NCBI GenBank assembly: GCA_035708405.1
Contig: DASSSQ010000148.1
Span: 1-63,726, forward strand
Direction: 5' to 3'
Source of the DNA: Gaiellaceae bacterium
GTDB taxonomy: Bacteria > Actinomycetota > Thermoleophilia > Gaiellales > Gaiellaceae
DNA length: 63,726 nucleotides
Below the pieces are notes generated by a model. It saw only the letters and a list, made by a program, of their open reading frames with translations, ran no database searches and was not told the DNA's origin. Positions 55,101 through 63,198 of the stretch are shown one piece after another. The stretch's first letter is position 1, and the number at the start of each line of letters is the position of its first letter. Both the position numbers and the translations under genes were made by a program.

Positions 55101-55571
55101 TTAGCGGACGAGCCGCCGCGCCCCGTCGTACTCGGAGCCGTACTCCGCGAGCGTCGAGTAGGAGACGCGCGTGCCCGTGTGCGGGGCGTGGATGAACTTG
55201 CCGGCGCCGACGTAGATGCCGACGTGCCCGAGCCCGTGGAAGAAGACGAGGTCGCCGGGCCGCAGGCCGCGCCGCGAGACGCGCCGGCCGAGGTCGAAGT
55301 CGGCGTAGGAGCTGTGCGGCAGCGAGATCCCGAAGTGCGCGTAGACGTAGCGCACGAGACCGGAGCAGTCGAAGCCGGTGCGCGGCGTGGAGCCGCCGTA
55401 GACGTAGCGCGTCCCGAGCAGGTGCCGCGCGAACTGGACGGCGCGGATGCCGAGCGTCGCGTGCGAGGCGCGGGCGTGGTGCGCGGTCGAGGCCGCGGCG
55501 CGGCCGGCGGCGAGGACGAGCGAGGCGCAGATCGCGACGGCGAGCAGCGCTAGGCGCAGAGGCGTGGTCAT
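55101..55571 (-). CDS. NlpC/P60 (C40) peptidoglycan endopeptidase, secreted
   Basis: 156 aa with a signal peptide, then YVYGGSTPRTGFDCSGLVRYVY...GDLVFFHGLGHVGIYVGAGKFIHAPHTG (Cys-His catalytic pair). Confidence 0.85.
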   Translation of the reverse strand: MTTPLRLALLAVAICASLVLAAGRAAASTAHHARASHATLGIRAVQFARHLLGTRYVYGGSTPRTGFDCSGLVRYVYAHFGISLPHSSYADFDLGRRVSRRGLRPGDLVFFHGLGHVGIYVGAGKFIHAPHTGTRVSYSTLAEYGSEYDGARRLVR

Positions 55572-55639
55572 CCGCAGTGACTCCCTTCGGCGGGCGTCGG
55601 CGGCAGAGGGCGCGCCGACTTGTCGTTCGGGAGATGCCA

Positions 55640-55914
55640 GTGGACCAGCCCGCCTGCCCGCCGTCAGTGGTCCGTTCGGGTGGTTCGGGCTCCCCCGGAC
55701 GAGCTAGGACCCGCCGGCCGGCGAGCCTGGGCCCGACCGCCGCGATCCGGCGGAGCACCGGGCGCCACGCGCGCCGCCGGCCGTGCACCGCGACTCGTGC
55801 GTTGCGATACGAGCGGTCTGCGGTAGACGCACCCCCACCCACTAGAGGGTGGGGCTCAAACCCGCCTCCCTCGCGGTCGACGGTACCGCGTCAGACGTCA
55901 CGGAGGTGTGACGG
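55640..55914 (-). promoter_or_regulatory. conserved structured 5' leader, copy B; ydaO/c-di-AMP riboswitch-like
   Basis: The minus strand reads CCGTCAC-N20-GGTACCGTCGACCGCGAGGGAGGCGGGTTTGAGCCCCACCC-TCTAGT-GGGTGGGGGTGCGTC...(long GC insert)...CGGGGGAGCCCGAACCACCCGAACGGACCACTGACGGCGGGCAGGCG. The last block resembles the ydaO 3' signature CCCGAAnCCGACAGCUAACCUCGUAAGCG. The RBS GAAGGGAG lies about 60 nt downstream. Confidence 0.5.
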
Positions 55915-55978
55915 CCCCGTCAATTCTTCGGAGAATCTCCTCCACGGCGCGGCTGCCGCGCCGCGCTGCGAGCAAGCG

Positions 55979-56539
55979 TCAGGGCCGCTCGTTGTGGCGG
56001 CGCTGGGCCGCTTGGAGGCCTTCGGTGAGGACGTCCTCGACGGCGTCGGCGGCGCGCGCGACGATTCCCTCGACGTCGTCGTGCGCCTCGAAGTCCGAGA
56101 GCACGTAGTCGGCGAGCGGACGCGGGTCGCCGCGCTCGGGCCGCCCGACGCCGACGCGGAGCCGCAGGAAGTCCTGCGTCCGCAGGTGCTGCGCGATCGA
56201 GCGCAGCCCGTTGTGCCCGGCGAGCCCGCCGCCGAGCCGCGCCTGCATCCGCCCGAGGTCGAAGTCGCCCTCGTCGTGGACGACGAGCACCTCGGCCGGC
56301 TCGAGCTTGAAGAACCGCGCCGCCGCGCCGACCGAGACGCCGGACTCGTTCATGTACGTCTCCGGCTTCAGCAGCGCCGCGCGCGCGTCCCCCACCCGCA
56401 CCTCCGCGAGCTGCCCCGAGAACTTCGACCGGAACGAGCCGCCGTGCCGCCGCGCGAGCTCGTCGACGACGAGATAGCCGAGGTTGTGGCGATTGCCCGC
56501 GTACTCCCGCCCGGGGTTGCCGAGCCCGGCGACGAGCAA
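55979..56539 (-). CDS. pth: peptidyl-tRNA hydrolase
   Basis: 186 aa with LVAGLGNPGREYAGNRHNLGY, VVHDEGDFDLG and GGLAGHNGLRSI. Confidence 0.9.
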   Translation of the reverse strand: MLVAGLGNPGREYAGNRHNLGYLVVDELARRHGGSFRSKFSGQLAEVRVGDARAALLKPETYMNESGVSVGAAARFFKLEPAEVLVVHDEGDFDLGRMQARLGGGLAGHNGLRSIAQHLRTQDFLRLRVGVGRPERGDPRPLADYVLSDFEAHDDVEGIVARAADAVEDVLTEGLQAAQRRHNERP

Positions 56540-56545
56540 GGAAGG

Positions 56546-57259
56546 CTAGCCCTCGGCGGGCTGGTGCTCTCCGGCGGCATCCGCCTCCGGCTCGGCAGCG
56601 CCCTCGGCGGCGCCCTCCGGCTGCTCCTCGGCCGGCACGCCCTCGAGCTCGCCCTCCTCGCCCTCCGCGAGCACTTCCTCGGGCTCCTCGACGCGCGTCG
56701 GCAGGGTGACCGAGGCGACGACGACCTCGGGGTCGTCGAGGATCGTCGCGCCCGCCGGCGCCGCGACGTCGCCGACGCGCAGGCTGTCGCCGACCTCCAT
56801 CTCGGAGACGTCGAGCTCGATCGCGTGCGGCATCTCCATCGGCAGCGCCTCGACCGACAGCTCGTTCAACGCCTGGGTCAGCACGCCGCCGGCCTTCGTG
56901 CCGGCGGACTCGCCGACGAGGTGCAGCGACACGGTCGCCTGGATCGGCTGGTCGAGCCGCACCTCGTGCAGGTCGACGTGCGTGATCCCGCCGCGGACGA
57001 CGTCCTGCTGGTACTCCTTGATCACCGACGCGTGCGAGGACGCCTTGCCCTCGACGACGACGTCGAGGATCGCGTGCAGCCCCGCCTCCCCGGTCAGCGC
57101 GTGCCGCAGCTCGCGCTCGGGGATGCAGATCGCGTGCGGCTCCTTGCCGCGCCCGTAGAGGACGCCCGGGACGAGCCCCTGCCTGCGCAGGCGCCGGGTC
57201 TCGGCAGAGCCGAGCTTCGTCCGCTCCCGGACCACCAGTTTGACGCGCTCGCCGGCCAC
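56546..57259 (-). CDS. rplY: 50S ribosomal protein L25 / general stress protein Ctc, with an acidic C-terminal extension
   Basis: 237 aa with a GTG start. The sequence is RERTKLGSAETRRLRRQGLVPGVLYGRGKEP...ITHVDLHEV, with a Glu/Ala-rich tail. Confidence 0.9.
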   Translation of the reverse strand: MAGERVKLVVRERTKLGSAETRRLRRQGLVPGVLYGRGKEPHAICIPERELRHALTGEAGLHAILDVVVEGKASSHASVIKEYQQDVVRGGITHVDLHEVRLDQPIQATVSLHLVGESAGTKAGGVLTQALNELSVEALPMEMPHAIELDVSEMEVGDSLRVGDVAAPAGATILDDPEVVVASVTLPTRVEEPEEVLAEGEEGELEGVPAEEQPEGAAEGAAEPEADAAGEHQPAEG

Positions 57260-57282
57260 GGCGGCGGATTGTAGCCGAAAGG

Positions 57283-57311
57283 CCGAAGGGCCCCGGTGCG
57301 GGGCCCTTCGG
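57283..57311 (-). terminator. 12-bp GC-rich hairpin (CCGAAGGGCCCC-ggtgc-GGGGCCCTTCGG) downstream of the 57332 gene
   Basis: Read directly from the sequence. It lies 21 nt after the stop. On the minus strand it is followed by CCTTTCGG, a short weak U-tract. It sits upstream of the rplY start. Confidence 0.5.
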
Positions 57312-57331
57312 ACGGACGAGGTGCGGGCTCG

Positions 57332-57934
57332 CTACCGCGCCAGGAACGGGTCGAGGTAGACGTCGTCCAGCTGGACGGTCTCGTCGCCGACCGGCGTGAA
57401 GCGGAAGTAGATGTTCGCCGAGTTCAGGTTCAGCAGGCCGAGCACGTTCTGGAGCAGGAACGGCTCCACCGTGCTCGCGTCCCAGCTCGTGCCGAGCCCC
57501 ATCCACCCGGCGGTCGGGAGCACCGCGAGCCCGAGCAGCGTCCGCGTGTAGAGCGTGATCGCGACGCCCGTGCCGTTCGAGGAGCTGCCGACCGCACGAA
57601 TCGTCGGCGTCAGGATCTGCAGGCAGACCGCCGGCGAGAGCGCGGAGCTCCCGGGCGGCAGCAGCAGCGAGTGGGAGTCGCCGCTCGAGCCCAGATAGAA
57701 GGGCTCGTTTCCGTTGACGATCTGGGCGCCGCCGGAGAGCTTCCAGCCCGCCGAGTACTCGAACGAGCCGCCCGGCACCGGGACGTAGCTCGCGTCGTCG
57801 CCCCACTGCGCGAACGGCTGGCTCGCCGCCGGATACCGGCAGCCGAGCAGGCCCGCATGCGCGCTGCCGGCGCCGAGACCGAGCGCCGCCAGCACGGAGA
57901 TGCCGAACGTAACCGCAAGAAGCCGCCTCACCAC
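57332..57934 (-). CDS. secreted hypothetical protein
   Basis: 200 aa with the signal peptide MVRRLLAVTFGISVLAALGLGAGSAHA and a beta-rich, Trp/Tyr-containing mature part. No recognised domain. Confidence 0.55.
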   Translation of the reverse strand: MVRRLLAVTFGISVLAALGLGAGSAHAGLLGCRYPAASQPFAQWGDDASYVPVPGGSFEYSAGWKLSGGAQIVNGNEPFYLGSSGDSHSLLLPPGSSALSPAVCLQILTPTIRAVGSSSNGTGVAITLYTRTLLGLAVLPTAGWMGLGTSWDASTVEPFLLQNVLGLLNLNSANIYFRFTPVGDETVQLDDVYLDPFLAR

Positions 57935-58086
57935 AGTCTTCCTCCCTCGTCCGCAGTAACTGGACGGACTCTCGCGCGACGCGGGGACGGCCGTATCCCC
58001 CGGGAGAGTGAGCCCCGCCTGTCGCCGCCAAAATCCCTCGGACGAGGGAACGCTTCAGGGCGCGGCGCCCGCTGCCGATATCGAGC

Positions 58087-59433
58087 GTGCGTATGGCGAC
58101 TGCGGCGACCGAGGCTGCCTGGGATCAACCGCTCGACCCCGAGTCGGACGGCCTGATCCTGCAGTCGCGCGCGCGCCTGCAGCGGCGGCTCGGCAGCCGC
58201 GACCGCTGGGCCTCGCTCGCGGTCGCGGGCGGCTTCCTGGTCTGCGCGGCGCTGCTGCTGACGCAGACGGCCACGACCCGCCACCCGCCGCTCTTCGCCT
58301 ACGCCGCGCTGGTTGCGCTCTACGCGCTCGCCGCCCGCGTCGAGTTCGAGGTCGGGACCGGCTCGGCGGTGCCGACGCAGCTCGTGCTCGTGCCGATGCT
58401 CTTCGTGCTGCCGCTGCGGGTCGTCCCGCTCTGCATCACCGCCGGGCTCTTCGCCGCCTACCTGCGGCGGAGGGCGCCGTTCGACCGCGGCCTGACGCTG
58501 CTGACGAGCTCGTGGCACGCGGTCGGGCCGGTGCTCGTCCTGCTCCTCGCGCGCGGCGAGGAGCTGCCGCGCTGGTCGCAGTGGCCGGTCTACCTCGGCG
58601 CGCTCGCCGCCCAGTTCGCGTTCGACTACGCCGCCAACTCGCTCCGCGAGTGGATCGGACTCGGCGTCTCGCCGCTCGCCCGCGTGCGCTTCATGGCCTG
58701 GGTCTGGTTCGTCGACGCCTCGCTCGCGCCGATCGCGCTGCTCGTCGCGTTCAGCGCGCAGGGGCATGCGTACCTCGTCCTGCTCGTCCTGCCGCTCGTC
58801 GCGCTGCTCAGGCTCTTCTCGCGCGAGCGGACGCAGCGGATCGACCACGCCTTCGAGCTCGGACAGGCGTACCGCGGCACCGCGTTCCTGCTCGGCGACG
58901 TCGTCGAGGCGGACGACGCCTACACGGGCGAGCACAGCCGCGACGTCGTCACGCTGACGCTCGCGGTCGCCGACCGGCTCGGGCTCTCGCCGCGCGAACG
59001 GCGCGACGCCGAGTTCGTGGCGCTGCTGCACGACGTCGGCAAGATCCGGATCCCGGGCGAGATCATCAACAAGCCCGGGCCGCTGACCGTCGACGAACGG
59101 GCCGTGATCGAGACGCACACCGTCGAGGGCGAGGAGATGCTGACGCGCGTCGGCGGCCTGCTCGGCGAGATCGGCCACCTCGTCCGCTCCTGCCACGAGC
59201 GCTGGGACGGAACCGGCTACCCGGACGGGCTCGCGGGCGACGAGATCCCGCTGGTCGCGCGGATCGTCTGCACCACCGACGCCTACTCCGCGATGACGAC
59301 CGACCGGCCGTACCGGAAGGCACGCTCCGTCGAGGAGGCGCTCGCCGAGCTCCGCCGCTGCGCCGGCACGCACTTCGACCCGTTGGTGGTCGAGGCGGTC
59401 GCGGCGTCGGTCGCGCTGCCTGCCGCCGCCTGA
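58087..59433 (+). CDS. membrane-bound HD-GYP domain protein (putative cyclic-di-GMP phosphodiesterase)
   Basis: 448 aa with about 7 N-terminal TM helices, then HSRDVVTLTLAV, LLHDVGKIRIP and HERWDGTGYPDGL. Confidence 0.8.
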   Translation: MRMATAATEAAWDQPLDPESDGLILQSRARLQRRLGSRDRWASLAVAGGFLVCAALLLTQTATTRHPPLFAYAALVALYALAARVEFEVGTGSAVPTQLVLVPMLFVLPLRVVPLCITAGLFAAYLRRRAPFDRGLTLLTSSWHAVGPVLVLLLARGEELPRWSQWPVYLGALAAQFAFDYAANSLREWIGLGVSPLARVRFMAWVWFVDASLAPIALLVAFSAQGHAYLVLLVLPLVALLRLFSRERTQRIDHAFELGQAYRGTAFLLGDVVEADDAYTGEHSRDVVTLTLAVADRLGLSPRERRDAEFVALLHDVGKIRIPGEIINKPGPLTVDERAVIETHTVEGEEMLTRVGGLLGEIGHLVRSCHERWDGTGYPDGLAGDEIPLVARIVCTTDAYSAMTTDRPYRKARSVEEALAELRRCAGTHFDPLVVEAVAASVALPAAA

Positions 59434-59452
59434 CGACGGCAGCCGGCGACGA

Positions 59453-60523
59453 CTAGAAGAGCTGGTTCTCGCCGCCGAAGATCGCCGAGACCGAGTCGTC
59501 GGCGAAGACGTTCACGATCGTCTCGGCGAGCAGGCCGGAGACCGGCACGACCGTCAGCTTGTCCGGCTTGCTCAGCGGGTCGATCGGCACCGTGTCGGTG
59601 ACGACGACACCGGTGACGTCCTCGCACTCGGCGAACTTCTCCATCGCGCCGCTCGCGAAGACGCCGTGCGTCGCGAAGATCCAGAGATCCTCGACGCCGT
59701 GCTCCTTCAGCGCGCGCACGTTCGCGAGCATCGTGCCGCCGGTCATGATCACGTCGTCGCCGACGATCGCCGTCTTGCCGCGGACGCGGCCCGCGATCTC
59801 GGTCACGGCGACCTGGTCGGACGAGATCCGCGTCTTGTGCATGATCGCGAAGTCGGCGTCGATCATCTCCGCGAAGCGAACCGCCATCTTCGCGCGGCCG
59901 GCGTCCGGCGAGACGGAGACGACGCCCTCGCCCATCAGGCCGAGGTCGCGGAAGTGGCGGGCGAAGAGCGGCATCGCGGTCATGTGGTCGACCGGGATCG
60001 TGAAGAAGCCCTGGATCTGGCCCGCGTGCAGGTCCATCGTCAGCACCCGGTCGGCGCCCGCGTTCTGGACCATGTCGGCGATCAGGCGGCTCGAGATCGG
60101 CTCGCGCGGCTTCGCCTTCCGGTCCTGCCGCGCGTACGGGTAGAGCGGGATCACGGCCGTGATCCGCTTCGCCGAGGCGAGCTTCGCCGCCTGGACCATG
60201 AACAGCAGCTCCATCACGTTGCGATCGATCGGCGCGCAGCCGGTCTGGACGATGAAGACGTCGGCGCCGCGGATCGACTCGTCGTAGCGGCAGTAGGTCT
60301 CGCCGTTCGGGAAGGTGTCGAGCTGGATCTCGCCGAGGTCGATGCCGATGTGCTTGGCGATGTCGGCGGCGAGCTCCGGGTGCGAGCGGCCGCTGAACAC
60401 CATCAGCCGCTTGCCGGCCGTCCGCTCGATGTAGTGGCCGCCGCTCGGCGACGCGCTCACGCCGATCGTCTCCAGGCCGGGAAGGTGGGCGAGCTCAGTC
60501 GTCGCTGCCGTCTCGGGCGGCAT
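59453..60523 (-). CDS. prs: ribose-phosphate pyrophosphokinase
   Basis: It has LMVFSGRSHPELAADIAKHIG, FPNGETYCRY, YARQDRK, DLHAGQIQGFF and VGDDVIMTGGT. The ATG at 60523 is preceded by AAGGAGG but overlaps glmU by 29 nt. The alternative is a GTG at 60460 preceded by GGAGA. Confidence 0.9.
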   Translation of the reverse strand: MPPETAATTELAHLPGLETIGVSASPSGGHYIERTAGKRLMVFSGRSHPELAADIAKHIGIDLGEIQLDTFPNGETYCRYDESIRGADVFIVQTGCAPIDRNVMELLFMVQAAKLASAKRITAVIPLYPYARQDRKAKPREPISSRLIADMVQNAGADRVLTMDLHAGQIQGFFTIPVDHMTAMPLFARHFRDLGLMGEGVVSVSPDAGRAKMAVRFAEMIDADFAIMHKTRISSDQVAVTEIAGRVRGKTAIVGDDVIMTGGTMLANVRALKEHGVEDLWIFATHGVFASGAMEKFAECEDVTGVVVTDTVPIDPLSKPDKLTVVPVSGLLAETIVNVFADDSVSAIFGGENQLF

Positions 60524-61820
60524 GGCCCTCCTTGTTGACCTGGCGCGCGCGCGCGATCGCGAGCGCGCCGGGCGGCACGTCCTCGGTTATCGTCGATCCG
60601 GCGGCGATCCACGCATCGTCTCCCACGGTCACGGGCGCGACGAAGGCATTGTGGACGCCGGTCCTGACGTTGTTGCCGATCGTGGTGCGGCCCTTCGGCT
60701 TGCCCGGCCTGTGCGGGAAGTTGACGGTGATCCCGCCGGCGCCGACGTTCGTGCCGTCGCCGATCTCGGCGTCGCCCATGTAGGACAGGTGCGGCACCTT
60801 CGTGCCGGCTCCGATCCGCGAGTTCTTGATCTCCACGAAGGTTCCCGCTTTCGCGTCGTGCTGGAGCTCGGTGCCGGGGCGAAGGTAACAGAACGGCCCG
60901 ACGAGCGCACCCGGCCCGATCCGCGCGTCGACGGCGACCGTGTGCGGGTGGATCTCGGCGCCGGTCGCGATCGAGGTCGAGCCGCGAAGGACGGTGAACG
61001 GATGGACGACGACGTCGTTCTCGATCGCGACGGTCGGGTCGATCCAGGTCGTCTGCGGGTCGACGATCGTGACGCCGGCGAGCATGTGGCGGAGGTTGAT
61101 CCGGTCGCGGAGGACGGCGGCGGCGGCGGCGAGCTCGGCCCGGGTGTTGACGCCCTCGGTCTCGAGCGGGTCGGCGGCGACGTGGGCGGCGACGACGTGG
61201 CCGTCCTCGACGAGGAAGCGCACCGCGTCGGTCAGGTAGAGCTCGCCCTGTGCGTTCTGCGGCTGCAGGCGGTCGAGCGCCGGCCAGAGCAGCTCGGAGC
61301 GGAAGACGTAGATCGACGAGTTGCACTCGCGGACGGCGAGCTGCTCCTCGGTCGCGTCGCGCGCCTCGACGATCGCCTCGACGTGACCGGTCGGGTCGCG
61401 GAGGACACGGCCGTAGGAGCGCATGCCCGCCGGCTCGAAGGTGAGGACGGTCGCGGCCGCCTGCTCGCGGCGGTGCGTCTCGAGTAGCTCGGCGATGAGC
61501 ACCGCGGTCAGGAGCGGCGTGTCGCCGGAGAGGACGAGCAGGTCGCCGGTGGCGCCCGCGAGCTCGTCGCGCGCGCAGCGCACGGCGTCGCCGGTGCCGA
61601 GCGGCGCCGGCTGGACCGCGACGCGGACGCCGGCGAAGGCGTCCCGCGTCTCCGGCGAGACGACGACGAGCGGCTCGGCGCCGAGCTCGCGTGCGGCCTC
61701 GACGACCCAGTCGACCATCCGCCGCCCGAGCAGCGGGTGCAGGTGCTTGGGCACCGCGGAGCGCATGCGCGTGCCGAGGCCGGCGGCCATGATCACAGCT
61801 GCGGGGGCGGGTTCGGTCAC
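60495..61820 (-). CDS. glmU: bifunctional UDP-N-acetylglucosamine pyrophosphorylase / GlcN-1-P N-acetyltransferase
   Basis: 441 aa with a GTG start, VIMAAGLGTRMRS, and C-terminal left-handed beta-helix hexapeptide repeats. Confidence 0.9.
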   Translation of the reverse strand: MTEPAPAAVIMAAGLGTRMRSAVPKHLHPLLGRRMVDWVVEAARELGAEPLVVVSPETRDAFAGVRVAVQPAPLGTGDAVRCARDELAGATGDLLVLSGDTPLLTAVLIAELLETHRREQAAATVLTFEPAGMRSYGRVLRDPTGHVEAIVEARDATEEQLAVRECNSSIYVFRSELLWPALDRLQPQNAQGELYLTDAVRFLVEDGHVVAAHVAADPLETEGVNTRAELAAAAAVLRDRINLRHMLAGVTIVDPQTTWIDPTVAIENDVVVHPFTVLRGSTSIATGAEIHPHTVAVDARIGPGALVGPFCYLRPGTELQHDAKAGTFVEIKNSRIGAGTKVPHLSYMGDAEIGDGTNVGAGGITVNFPHRPGKPKGRTTIGNNVRTGVHNAFVAPVTVGDDAWIAAGSTITEDVPPGALAIARARQVNKEGHAARDGSDD

Positions 61821-61834
61821 GTGAGCGCTCGGAA

Positions 61835-61908
61835 TGGCTGGGCGGCCAGGATTCGAACCTGGGATCGCGGGACCAAAACCCGCTGCCTTACCACTTGGCT
61901 ACCGCCCA
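61835..61908 (-). tRNA. tRNA-Gln (anticodon UUG), CCA encoded
   Basis: The reverse complement is TGGGCGGTAGCCAAGTGGTAAGGCAGCGGGTTTTGGTCCCGCGATCCCAGGTTCGAATCCTGGCCGCCCAGCCA. It folds as a cloverleaf: acceptor TGGGCGG/CCGCCCA, anticodon stem GCGGG/CCCGC with loop TTTTGGT, and T-arm CCAGG-TTCGAAT-CCTGG. Confidence 0.9.
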
Positions 61909-62012
61909 GAGCTAGCGGACGCCGAGTCTACCGCCTCGGGCTCGCCTCCCCCGGCGCCCTCGCGCAGGTACGCCCGGAGCAGCCGAGATCGTCGCGAGTC
62001 GGCGTTCGGCGC

Positions 62013-62366
62013 TCAGCGGTCCGTGAAGAGGACGAGCAGCGCGACGACCGCGAAGATCGCCGCGACGACGAGCGCCAGCCAGAAGACGAAGATCGCGAGG
62101 ATGCTCGCGACGACGGCGAGCGCCTGCGAGAACGCGAAGATCCAGCTCACCTGGCGGACGGCGCTCGAGCGCACGTTCCTGCCGCCGAGGAAGTAGGCGG
62201 CGAGCGCGACCGCCGCGACGCCGATCACGGTGTAGCGGGAGACGTCGTGGAAGATCGCGACGACGATCCCCTCGGCGACCGCGATCCAGAGCGAGATGCG
62301 GAAGCGGCGCTGCTGCAGCCAGCGGCCGCTGCGGCTCGAGGCGTGGTCGATCACGCTCGTGGACAT
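62013..62366 (-). CDS. hypothetical integral membrane protein (3-4 TM)
   Basis: 117 aa: ...RFRISLWIAVAEGIVVAIFHDVSRYTVIGVAAVALAAYFLGG...WIFAFSQALAVVASILAIFVFWLALVVAAIFAVVALLVLF. Confidence 0.6.
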   Translation of the reverse strand: MSTSVIDHASSRSGRWLQQRRFRISLWIAVAEGIVVAIFHDVSRYTVIGVAAVALAAYFLGGRNVRSSAVRQVSWIFAFSQALAVVASILAIFVFWLALVVAAIFAVVALLVLFTDR

Positions 62367-62370
62367 CGTG

Positions 62371-63198
62371 TCAACCGTACCACGCCGGAACCGTGATCCA
62401 GACCCGGCCGCGGCCCTTCAGAGCGCGGCGCGCGGCCTCCGCGTCGCGGCGGTGCGCGAACAGTCCGTAGACCGTCGGGCCGGCGCCGCTGACGTCGGCG
62501 CGGAAGGCTCCGAGCGCGCGCAGCTCGGCGCCGAGCGGCGAGGAGGCGAGGTCGTTCTCCGGCAGCGCGGCCAGGTCGCGCGGGCGGCGCACGCGGGCGA
62601 GCGCGTCGCGGAGCGCGGCGCGGCGCTCGTCGAAGCCGCGCTCGCCGCCGCGGTCGTCGAAGGCGGCGTAGACGGCCGCGGTCGACTGCTTCGCCGCGCC
62701 GTCCGGCAGCAGCAGCAGGACGAAGTAGTCCTGCGGCAGGTCGAGCGGGCTCAGGTCGCCCCCGTCGCCCTCGCCGAGCTGCGGGCCGTCCGTCAGGAAG
62801 AAGGGGACGTCGGCGCCGAGGTCGCGGGCGAGCTCGTGCAGGCGCTCGGGCGCGAGCGGCTCCGCGAGCGTCTCGTTGGCGAGCCGGAGCGCGGCCGCCG
62901 CGTCGGCGCTGCCGCCGCCGAGGCCGCCGGCGACGGGGATCCGCTTGTGGATGCGGGCACGCCAGCGCGGCTCGATCCCCGCGGCCTCGGCGAGCGTCTC
63001 GAGCGCGCGGCGGACGAGCGTGTCCTCGGCGAAGCCGTCGACCCGCAGCGCGGGCGCCGGTGCGAGCTCGACGCGGTCGGCGAGGTCGACCCGCTGGTAC
63101 ACGGTCGCGAGCTCGTGCTTGCCGTCGTCGCGGCGCGGGCCGACGACGAGCGCGAGGTTCAGCTTCGCGGTCGCGGGGATCCGGCGGAGCTCGGTCAC
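62371..63198 (-). CDS. ispE: 4-diphosphocytidyl-2-C-methyl-D-erythritol kinase
   Basis: A GTG at residue 132 of track ORF 62371..63591, in a GTGA overlap with rsmA. It has AKLNLALVVGPRRDDGKHELATVYQRVDL and IPVAGGLGGGSADAAAAL (GHMP kinase motif). Confidence 0.85.
   Translation of the reverse strand: MTELRRIPATAKLNLALVVGPRRDDGKHELATVYQRVDLADRVELAPAPALRVDGFAEDTLVRRALETLAEAAGIEPRWRARIHKRIPVAGGLGGGSADAAAALRLANETLAEPLAPERLHELARDLGADVPFFLTDGPQLGEGDGGDLSPLDLPQDYFVLLLLPDGAAKQSTAAVYAAFDDRGGERGFDERRAALRDALARVRRPRDLAALPENDLASSPLGAELRALGAFRADVSGAGPTVYGLFAHRRDAEAARRALKGRGRVWITVPAWYG

Noticed and set aside
55896-55945. Promoter assignment for the copy B leader (TTGACG -35-like hexamer, CGTCAC/GTGACG inverted repeat)
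   Set aside because: No acceptable -10 hexamer lies at the right spacing, and the equivalent region of copy A does not align at the same distance. The inverted repeat could equally be the pth terminator.
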